From the NCBI RefSeq assembly GCF_006345805.1, contig NC_043005.1:75330001-75394000 (forward strand): a DNA stretch of 64,000 nucleotides, in the 5' to 3' direction. The notes below the pieces were generated by a model. It saw only the letters and a list, made by a program, of their open reading frames with translations, was not told where the DNA came from and made no database searches. Positions 11,952-22,788 of this stretch are shown one piece after another. A program made the translations under genes and the position numbers. This DNA comes from Octopus sinensis. Taxonomy: Eukaryota. Every line of letters starts with the position of its first letter. The stretch's first letter is position 1.

Positions 11952-12256
11952 GCACAGCTCCTATGACTTCAGGAAACATTTTTTCACGCTGAGAGTTGCT
12001 GAAGCATGGAACAAACTGCCGGCATCAGTTGTTAGTTGTCGGAGCACTGCATCCTTCAAAACTTCCATGCTTCCTGAGATTCGCCAACACTACACTTGAT
12101 TTTCTCCCCTCCATACACACACAAGCATGTATCTGACTCATACATTGTTCGCTTTCCAGACATTTCTACATTACTGCATGTACTTTATATGCACTTTCTC
12201 ACAAGTTGTGCATCTGAGCACTGTATACAATTAATTTCATTATTATTATTATTATA
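11952..12256 (+). mobile_element. 5'-truncated CR1-type LINE 3' end with (ATT)n tail
   Basis: Encodes YDFRKHFFTLRVAEAWNKLPASVVSCRSTASFK, the typical CR1 ORF2 C-terminus (stop at 12097-12099), followed by a 3' UTR and ATT repeats. It splits a family A SINE. Confidence 0.8.
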
Positions 12257-12974
12257 AATCGACCCCAGGACTTGTAAGCAAGCTACTTACCACACAACCA
12301 CCCCTATGCCTATGATGTGTATTGAAGGATGTAAATATCATAAAAAAAACTCCAAAAACGAAAACCTGTGCCAGGTTTTATAAAATCCAGCTTCCAGAAA
12401 TTCAGGAATACTGTGCAACATTATACAATATACTGTGCCTTGCATTGAGTAAACACACCCTGTTTATCAAGCTGGTTCATTTACATATTTGTTAAAAATA
12501 GTTTTGTTTTTTACTTCTTTAAGGGGACTGACAAAGATTTAAAATAATTTGCTCGAAAAGTATATTAATTGTGCCTGTATCTATTAAATAAAATCATGTT
12601 CTGTACTTTTCTTCAATTTTCATCCTATGAAAATTATATTTTACACATAGATATATGTGCACAGTATAATGTATGATATATTTTGAAAATTTTAAGTGGA
12701 TTAATAAATACCAAACAGGCTCTACTTTAGAAGTGTACTAATTTGAATTGATTAAATACAATTTAGCTCTTTCCTATTCATAGTCTATTTTATATTTTAA
12801 GCATACATTTAGATTGTCTTTAGAAAACTGGAAAATCCAGAAATCTTAGACACTTCCGGTTATAAGCTTGCCAAATAACTGCTCTGGTAATATACTATCT
12901 GAAAGAAGTCATTTGCTTTATATATTCCCAGAAAATTGGAAAAAAAGTGTAGGGAAGAGGGGCTAATTGATTAA

Positions 12975-13193
12975 CCCTTTAGTATTTAAACCGGTCATAT
13001 CCGGCCAAAATAGCTAATCTGTTTTATGTTCAAACTGACCAGATCCAGGCTCTCACACCTGCCTTACAATGTTATTCTACATTAAGTAATTACACCATCA
13101 AGATCTTGAAGATATGAGATAATGCATGATTAATTCAAATCAATGGGAATCAATAAGCATTATGTTTGATAGAATAATCTGAACACTAAAGGG
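12975..13193. mobile_element. piggyBac-type MITE (219 bp)
   Basis: TTAA|CCCTTTAGTATTTAAACCGG...CTAAAGGG|TTAA. Opposite orientation to the 11279 copy. Degenerate relatives at about 10525-10749, 19120-19325, 23825-24015 and 34000-34145. Confidence 0.8.
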
Positions 13194-14069
13194 TTAAATG
13201 TATCCTAGTTCTTGATTGATACTTTATTCTATCAATCTAGAGGTATGAAAGTAAAGTTGGCTAGAAAATATATATATATACAACATTTTAATTTTGCATC
13301 CACTTTTCCATGCTTGCATGGGTCAAGCAAAATTTGTTAAGGCAAGTTTTTCACTGGCTGGATGGTCTTCTTGTTGCCAACCCTCACCTTTTTCCAAGTA
13401 AGATAATATTTCCCCATAGAGAGACATGTTTTTCACAGAAGACTTTGCTTGTATGATAGTGATGCTCATTTACAACGATCACATGATGTACAGGCAAGAC
13501 GAGATCCTTCCTGAATTATATAGATGCACAGGGCTGGTTTCCCAGTTTCCATTGGGCAGACATTCCCCCTGGATGGGATGCCTGTCCATTGCAGAATTAC
13601 TAATTTTTGCAATCTGAGTGGACTGGAGCAACATCAAATTAAATGTTTTCCCCAAGAACACAACACAACATCTGATCCAGAAATTGAAATCACAATCTTT
13701 ACAATCATGAGTCCAACACCTCAACCACTAAGACACATGCCTGAAACACACATACACATATATATATATATACATATATACACAACAGGCTTTTTTCAGT
13801 TTGTCAACCAAATCCACTCATAAGGCTTTGGTTGGCTTGAAGCCATAGTAGAAGACTTTTGCCCAAGGTACCACACAGTAAGACTGCGCTCATGACCACA
13901 TGCTTGGGAAGCAAGCTTCTCAACCATACAACCACACCTGAGATATATATATATCTCAATTCCTTACCTGCCTCATTCACTCACTGTTTTAAGTTTGATC
14001 ACATGACTAGTATAGGCATTATCAAATAAATATAAAAGCTTTTTGATTAACATTAATTCTTTTATCAAG

Positions 14070-14375
14070 CAGTGGAGGCACATGGCCTATTAAGTAGAGC
14101 AGCTGACTCACGGTTGAGGGGTCGCGGGTTCGAATCTCAGACCGGGCGATGTGTGTGTTTACGAGCGAAACACCCAAGCTCCATGCAGCTCTGGCAGAAG
14201 GTAATGGTGAACTTCTGCTGAGTCTTTCGCCACAACTTTCTCTCACTCTTTCCTCCTGCATCTTCCAGCTCACCTGCGACGGACTGGCATCCCATCCATG
14301 TGGGGAACCTATATGCCAAGGAAACCGGGAAATCGACCCTTATGAGCCAGGCATGGCTCGAAAAGGAATAAAAAA
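14070..14375 (+). mobile_element. tRNA-headed SINE, family E
   Basis: GTGGAGGCACATGGCC...GGGTTCGAATCTC head, shared with 51200-51377(-), followed by CTGCGACGGACTGGCATCCCATCC core. A related core occurs at about 9470-9655(-) and 13500-13745(-). Confidence 0.7.
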
Positions 14376-16226
14376 AAATTAATCAAGCATATACTGCTAT
14401 CATTGTCATGTGTCAACATATCATGCCAATGCCACAGTAAAGCATCCAGCACACACTGTAAAGTGGTTGGCATTAGGAAGGGCATCCAGCCATAGAAACT
14501 AGACTAAATCAGACTGGAACCTAGTGCAGCTCTCTGGCTGCCAGTTTGGATCAAATCATCCAAACTATGCCAGCATGGAAATTGGACATTGATGATGATG
14601 ATGAATAACAGGCTAGCAAATGGTAAAACACTAGACTAATTCTTCTTATTTCCAGTCCTGCCAAAATAGAGCTCCATATCTTTTTTGCCTCCCCACAATA
14701 AGTACCTCTAATTTGATTATGATTTTAATGAACTTTACTGAAAGGGAAAAGATAGGTTAAATACATAAAAATAACAATTTCATCTTTTTTCTGCAGGGAT
14801 TAATGATAATTTGCTTGAGAATTATATTAATTATGCCTGTATCTGTTAAATAAAATCATGTTCTTTACTTTTCTTTAATTTTCATCCACAAGGAGCTACA
14901 CACAGAGGGGACAAACAAGGACAGACAAACCGATTAGTAAATGCGTAACTGGTACTTATTTAATCGACCCTGAAAGGATGAAAGGCAAAGTCAACCTCGG
15001 TGGAATTTGAACTCAGAACGTAGTTAAAAATAAGAGTGAATATTTATTTTATAAGTGGCAGAGATTTAGGTGCTGAGATTTCATTTGCTGCAACTACAGA
15101 TTGATCTGTCTGGACAGTTAAAAAGTAACAAAACTATCTACCCTAGTTCTCTTTTAATTAAAACTTCAAAAGTCAAGCTAAAGTTGACTATAGATTGAAT
15201 TTTAGTTTAGCATTTCCACTGGAAAAAAAAATTAAGTACAGGGGTTCATTTGTTTGATTAAACCTTTCAATGCAGGCCCTCACCATAGATACAGCTCTAT
15301 AATTGAAACAAGTAAAAAATAAAAGATTTTAAAAAGTGATATTAATTAATGCAAGGTATACACAGAGGAGTAATAGGAGCACTGAGCCCTCACGTGTGCT
15401 GTGTTTAAACACTGCTATCATTGATTTTTACCGTTCAGCTACCCTGGGTTGTTAACATAACAGAGCAGAGATATAGGCTAAATGAAATCAATACCAGTAC
15501 AACACTAAATTATCAATATGCAGGAAAAAAAAAGGTTTTTGTTGGTCTTTTCTCAGCTTATTTAAATAAGGAAAGGGGGAGGTTTAATATAATACAAAAA
15601 ATTAAATTTTTCTTTACATCAAAAACAAACACAGATTTCAATAATTCTACAATTGCTATATTGTATAATTGATTGCATGCAACAAAATTGAAACAAAGAA
15701 ACTTCAAGCTCATCCAGGCTTCAATTTAGTTCCTTCTTCGCATAAGAGTATACTGTTTCAAATGTCAGATCTTTTTTTTTTATAATAAACACTGCAGTGA
15801 CGGGTCCAGTTAAAACCTATAAATTTGGCATCAATAACAAAACAGTTAAAACTGGAGAACTGGCAGAAATTTTACATTCTGGCTTCTTACATTTCAAGTT
15901 CAAATGCTGCCAAATTCAACTTTGCCTTTCACCCTCTGGGGTTGATAAAATAAGGACCAGTGAACTATTAGTCAATGTAATCAACATACCCCTCCTCTCA
16001 AAATTTCTGGTCTTGAGCTAAAATTAAAGATAATAGTATACTCTTTTACTTGTTTCAGTCATTTGACTGTGGCCATGCTGGAGTACTGCCTTTAGTCAAG
16101 AAAATCAACCCCAGGACTTATTCTTTGTAAGCCTAGTACATATTCTATCGGTCTCTTTTGCCAAACTGCTAAGTTACAGGGATGTAAACACACCAGCATT
16201 GGTTGTCAAGCGATGTTGGGGGACAA

Positions 16227-16273
<47 letters not shown>

Positions 16274-16443
16274 TACGATGGGCTTCTTTCAGTTTCCGTC
16301 TACCAAATCCACTCACAAGATGCCATGCAGTGGGACTGAACTCGGAACCATGTGGTTCGTAACGAAGCTACTTATCACACACCCACTCCTATGCTTGTTG
16401 AAAAATATTAGTGACAAAGGCAGAATTAGCACTGAAAGTTAAT

Positions 16444-16990
16444 ACAAGGTGCCCCCCCCCCCCCCACAAATCTTTGAATAAAATGACGCAAAGCGATAAA
16501 TCAAGATGAACAGTGGTTGCAGCAAAACGGGGCTGCCCCCCACCATGCATCGAATGACACCCTAGCCTGGCTGAGAGAGCGATTTCAGGAAAGACTGATC
16601 AGCAGGAGGTGTGATGTTGAGTGGGCATTGCATTCACCAGGCTTGTACTCCCCAGATTTTTATCTGTGGTGGTATCTCTAGGATAATGTTTACCAGAACA
16701 ATCCTCAAACGATTGGTGAAGTGAAGGCAGCAATCACAGCAGAAATCAGGGAAATCCCCAGAGAGGAACATGTTCGAGTAATTGAGAATTTTGCACAACA
16801 TATGCAAGTGTTTGCGTGACGTATGCCATTTGGAGCATATTTTGAAAAGAACATAACTTTTATGCAAAGGGAATGATGGTACACAGACCAAAGTTTAAGT
16901 CCAGTAAATTTCTTGAAATTTCAAGCAATTTGCTGGACTTTTGTAGGAAATAATAAAATTTTTATGGGTTGTTTTTTGGGGGGATCGTTT
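16444..16990 (+). mobile_element. Internally deleted Tc1/mariner remnant, DD41D (rosa)-like transposase C-terminus
   Basis: Translates to WLQQNGAAPHHASNDTLAWLRERFQERLISRRCDVEWALHSPGLYSPDFYLWWYL*DNVYQNNPQTIGEVKAAI, with an in-frame stop. Left end TA|CAAGGTG; right TIR degenerate. Confidence 0.75.
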
Positions 16991-17516
16991 GAGAAATTTC
17001 AATTAACAAGACGATCAATGAAAAAAATCATTAAATTAGACAAAATTTCTTGTGATATTCCTCTGGTTCTTCACATTATGAACAGAGTTCAACTGTGCTT
17101 TTTCATCCTTCCAAGGAGTTGAAATAAAGTAACATGAAGCTTTGGGGTTGATTTAATTGAATGCCTATCTGTACCAATGTGGGATTGTAGAGCCCAAATC
17201 CCTGCCCAACTACAGGACCCGATGTCAGGTGAGATGATATATCAGCTGTAGTACACTGCTGCCACAAAATAATTGATCAGTAAACACCTTCTATTACTAA
17301 CACTATACATACATTTTACTTACATACACTCCATAAAAGAAGACCCTGTCCCCAACTAAGATTATAACACAAAAGAAAAAGATGTTTTAAACACACACAG
17401 AAAAGGGTTTCACATGAATTAGTGTGCATGTGGATGCATATATATATATAAATTCAGGGTGAATACTTGATAAATGTAAGCACCTGTATATGCCAGCTAG
17501 TAGCATAGGTGAGAGG

Positions 17517-17953
17517 ATATATGTATCAAATGAAATAAAATGAAAAACAGGACACAAAGGATGTAGTGGTACATATGTTTCGAGCTCTATAGAACAACTT
17601 ATTCTTCCAATTCCTTCCCTTACAAGAATAAACCCAACTGGAATCTACCCAGTATTCACCCTATATTGAGTGAGAAAACGGTATGGACGATTTTTTTGAG
17701 TCTAATAATACCATGTACACCTATTTGATTATGAAGATTTACAAATAATACCAAATGTTTTTTCTCAAACCTTTCATAATGTGATACAAATCTTTGGTGT
17801 AGCAATTGCATGCAGCTGAAGAGGGCTTTTGAACTATCTGTTATGTCAATTATGCATTGATGTAAGAATAAGTTGTTCTATAAAGCTCGAAACATATGTA
17901 CCGCGACATCCTTTGTGTCCTGCTTTTCATTTTATTTCATTTGATACATATAT
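17517..17953. mobile_element. Penelope-like terminal-repeat remnant with 90-bp inverted arms
   Basis: 17517-17606 is the reverse complement of 17864-17953 with 4 mismatches by eye. It contains the GCTCGAAACATATGT motif. Confidence 0.6.
17795..17911 (+). ncRNA. Hammerhead-ribozyme-like motif (type I, PLE-associated, probably degraded)
   Basis: CTGAAGA core (17816-17822); helix II GGGCTTT/AAAGCTC; GAAAC (17889-17893); 2-bp helix III with palindromic ACATATGT; GTA cleavage triplet (17898-17900). Helix I is imperfect. Confidence 0.5.
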
Positions 17954-20015
17954 ATGTATGTATATCATCATTAACATTTAATGTCCATTTTCCATGCTGG
18001 CATGGGTTGGACAATTTTACAGGAGCTGGTAAGGCAGGGAATGCACTTGGCTCTATTGTCTATTTTGATGTTTTCTACAGCTGGATGCCCTTCCTAGCAC
18101 CAACAACTCTACAGAGTGTACAGGGTGCTTTCTATGTTACACCAGCACTAGTGCATTTTATGTGGCACCAGCACCTACAGGGTCACCAAGCAACATACAA
18201 CTTGGAAGTGGGAAATAGTACTGAGGCAAGGGTGGCTTTCATCAATGAATCCCATGTAAGAATGTATCAAATTCACACATAAACCTATCCCATGTATCTC
18301 TTTGATTTTTTTTATTTGTTGCAGTCATTTGACTGAAACCATGCTGGGGCACTGCCTTGAATTTAAGTTGAACGAATCGATCCCATGGATTATTATTTTT
18401 ATTGTAAAGCCTGGCACTTGATTTATCAGTTTCTTTTACTGAACCACTAAGTTACAGGGACATAAACATACCGACACCAGTTTTCAAGTAGTAGCAGGGG
18501 ACAGACAGACACAAAAACACATCATTGCTTAATGTCCGTTTTCCATGTTGGATGGTTTGATATGAAGCTGGCCAGACTTCAATTGTCTATTGTGGCATGT
18601 TTTCTATGACTGGATGCCCTTTCTAACACCTGGGCTGCTTTCAGTGTCTTTCTATAAAATCCACTGACAAGGGTTTGGTTGGCCAGTGTACAAGACATTT
18701 GCTCAAGGTGCCACGCAGTGGGACTGAACCCAGAACCAGGTGGTTGGGAAGCAAACTTCTTATCATACAGCCACACTCCATGACTATGAGAGTCAGATGA
18801 AGCTATGCTAGAAACAGGTTTTCTATGGCAGAATGACCTTTCTAACACCAATCCTCACCAGATGTTTAGACAAAATGTTATAAACCAACATCATTGAATG
18901 AACAGTGTGACTGCTAATATCCCATGGAAACATGACTGGCCATGAAGAAATATCGCCTTGCTTGGAAACAGGTGAGAGCTGACAATAGGAATGGCATCTA
19001 GTCGTATGAAATTGAATTCAACAAATTCTTTCTGACTCATGCAAGTATGGAAAAGTGGATATTAAAATGGATATATATATATATACACACACATAGATAT
19101 ACTTTAAAGTATGCTATGTTTTTTAAGCATTTAACAATGAAACTGGCCATATCAGGCCCAAATATTCAACCTGTTTGATATGTAAGCTAACCAGATCGGG
19201 ACTCTCACACCTATCCTACAATGTCATTCTAAAAATTAATCACATTATCAAAATTTCAAAGCTGCAAGATAATATATGAATAAGTATTACATTTGACACA
19301 AAAATTTGAATACTGAACAGTTGAGGGGATCTCTCTTAGAAAAAATACTACAGCTGCTGACATTCAACAACACACATGCTTTATGTAATATTGATAATAA
19401 TTACACTATTAAGCTACTTATAACAAAAAAAAAATTTTTGTTTTACTTGAGATGTGTGTGACACTGATGAATAAAAATGGGGAAATATCAGTATCTGTTG
19501 CTCTCATTCACTTCAGGAGTGACTTTGTTTCAACTAGCTTTGAAGAATGCTCATTTTTTTTTCAAGACTATATTTTTAAAGGTAACTCTCTTAGATAAAA
19601 TACTGTACTTTTGTGACATTTACTAACACACATTATAGTCTTTTATTCTTTCATTGGTTTCAGTCATTTGACTGCAGCCATGCTGGAGCACTGCCTTAAA
19701 GGGCTTTAATTGAAGAATTATACCCCAGGGCTTATTCTTTGTAAGCCCAAGTTACAGGTATGTAAACACATTAACATCAGTTGTCAAGCGATGGTGGGGG
19801 GGGGGACAGACACATATATATATATTTATTTATACAATGGGCTTCTTTCAGTTTCCATCAACCAAATCCACTCACAAAGCTTTAGTCGGCCCAAGGCTAT
19901 AGAAGACACTTGCCTGAGGTGCCATGAAGTGGGACTGAACTCAGAGTCATATGGTTATGAAGCAAGCTTCTTACCATATAGCCACATGTGTGCGTGTGTA
20001 TATATATATATATAT

Positions 20016-20421
20016 ATGAATGAGAAAAAGAAAATGGAGAAATTGACATATAGACATCAGTTTATTCAAAGATATTCAAATCAATATAATATGAAATTCT
20101 TAACCCAACAGCTGTTTCCATATCCAATTAATTCAATTAGAGAAATTAAATTAAATTAATTTAAAATTTTCTTTTTGAAACTTGGTTAATTTGGCATTTC
20201 ATCAGGCAAGAATTTTCCAGAAAGGAATTACATTCCAACGTGTTGGTCAAATGATGTGAGTGTTTTGGTAACGTTTGTATTTTAAAAAAGCCATTATGTG
20301 TATATATAGACATATAAACAAATATGTATGATATAGTCGTGCACGTACGATTGTAATACATAATAATAGTTGTTTTTGGTGGTGGTGGTGTTGAAGTTAG
20401 GGTGAACTAGGTATTATATAA

Positions 20422-20454
<33 letters not shown>

Positions 20455-22367
20455 CGTGTGAGGGAGACAGAGCGGTAACATTCCTCATGTAATTGAGTGT
20501 TTATTAAAATATGGAAGCGAACAAAAGAAATATGATGTATCAAAAACTAATTATCATATTGCATCATCCATATTATCCTAAAAATATGAATATCTGTATC
20601 TCTAACATGGATGTTTCTCATGTTAGTAATTTTAAACAAACCTCCAAGAATAGGAATAAGGATAGGGTAAATACGATTAAATATCCAAATGAGAACCAAT
20701 GCATTACTTCATTCTTCTTATTGTTCTCATGTGATTAGGAATATAAATAATAGAATAAAAAAACAAACCCCTTATATATCTAATAGGGTTCGAAAATTTG
20801 AAAAGTATGATGCATCTGCTGATAGGAATGATATTATTTGGTTTATAATTCCATTCGCTAAACAAATTAAGAATAATTTGGTTGGGGCCTTATACAAACT
20901 TTTTTCTAAACACCTTACAAAGGAAAATAGGTATTATACTATTAACACTAGGATTTTTAAAGTTGTCTTTTTTGGTATCACATAACTTGCCCCAGATTAT
21001 ATCTTAAATTAACAAAAAACAAATTATCTAATTTTTATAATAATTATAACTGTAGAAAATGCAACAATGGTAATGCTCTTAGAACTTGTTAATAAGTAAT
21101 GTGTATTTGAGTCGGCCCGTGTACAAGGGGAAACAACCCAAATTAAATCCCATCTCAACCTCTTGACTACAGGTAACAGGGCAAATAGTAATCATATTGA
21201 ATGTAATGATATAAAACAGAATATGAGTAGTAATGAAAATATATTTTGTGATTGCAAGGTTAGAAGCAAATGTTTATTCAAAAATTATTGTGAACAAAAA
21301 TAATGAAATCTGAAGGTAAGAGCTCCTTTCAAGTAGGAGCAATGCAAAATTTTATCAAGAGATGTATATCTTATGATATTTACATCTTTAATAATAGGAT
21401 CAAGTCCTCTAGTACCAGTCTCAGTAACTATATTTGGAATTTGAAAGACAAGAAAAAAATGTTTTTCTGTGGAGTGGGAAATTATAAGCAAGGCTACTGC
21501 TTATAAAATTAGAAATTCTTTTTGCTTTCTGCCTCGAAGAATTATAGCAAATCCTATTCTCCAAGCGGCACCTTTGAAATACAAGGATTGAGACTGGTTT
21601 TTCATGTTCACACATGTAAATGGACTCGCAAAAACTACCATTAGATATATTATTATAAATTAATTATATATCAAAGCTACTAATACTTTGAATTGGTTGG
21701 TATTTCATGTTTAGTACACTAACATCTGTAACTGTAAAGAATTAAGAATTCTTAATAGATATCATATAAACATTAAATTTTATATTAAAATATTAATATT
21801 TCATCTTATGAGAAAAGTGACTGATTTTTCATGTATTCACACATGTTTATGGGTGTTCAAAGAAACTATCATTGGATATCTTATAAATAATTAATTATAT
21901 GTTAAAACTATTTCAAATTTGAATCTGTTGATACTTCACATCTTATTACACTAGTATCTGTAAATATAAGCATTAAAGAATATATATAAAAATAATAATT
22001 AAATGGTAAAGATGTATACTAAGCTTTCTGCACAGGTAACAGTATCATTGCCGTTTGCTATAGATATAATTAAACACTTTTCTCATGAATATGTCGATAT
22101 TTTATAATATAATTATTAAACTAAGGCAAAAAGAATTGATTTTACAGTTGTGGCTTTAGTAATATTAGGTTTTTATGTAAAAAAATTTTATCAATTGTAT
22201 TTTGGTAACATTTAAATTTTCTTTTGTTTACATAGTTGTATTGACCATAACTATTGTGCACAAATATAGAGGATACATGATGATAAGCAGTTTTTGATAC
22301 GCACAATTTTTGTTGGATTCCATATTTTAATAAACACACTATTACATGAGGAATGTTACTGCACGCT

Positions 22368-22407
<40 letters not shown>

Positions 22408-22788
22408 AAAAAAACACCTAGTTCACTCTAACTGCAACACAACCACCAGTAACTATTACATATTACAAACCCACGTGCACAACTCTATCATACATGTTTG
22501 TTTTATATATATTTCTACTTGTTTTTTTTTTTAAATACATACATTACCAAAACGCTCACATCTGAGCCTGTCAAGGCTCAACCAACATGTTAGAATGTAA
22601 CTCCTTTCTAGGAAATTCTCCCCTGATGAAATACCCAATTAACCAGTTTCAAATCAATTTAATTTTTCTAAGTGAATTGGATATGGAAACAGCTGTAGGG
22701 ACAAGAATTTCATATTATATTGACTTGAATATCTATGAATAAACTGATGCCTATATGTCAGTTTCTCCATTTTATTTTTCTCATTCAT
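20016..22788 (+). mobile_element. Decayed Penelope-like element flanked by roughly 0.4-kb inverted repeats
   Basis: Broken ORF at about 20505-21660 with DRNDIIWFIIPFAKQIKNN...FSKHL and STSLSNYIWNLKDK...CLEE, resembling the PLE RT-linker and GIY-YIG regions. 20016-20412 is the reverse complement of 22416-22788 at roughly 80% identity. Confidence 0.7.

Noticed and set aside
14073-14150. tRNA-like sequence with A and B boxes (also at 43581 and 51300-51377)
   Set aside because: No proper acceptor or anticodon stems, and it runs directly into a repeated SINE body. It is a SINE head, not a tRNA gene.
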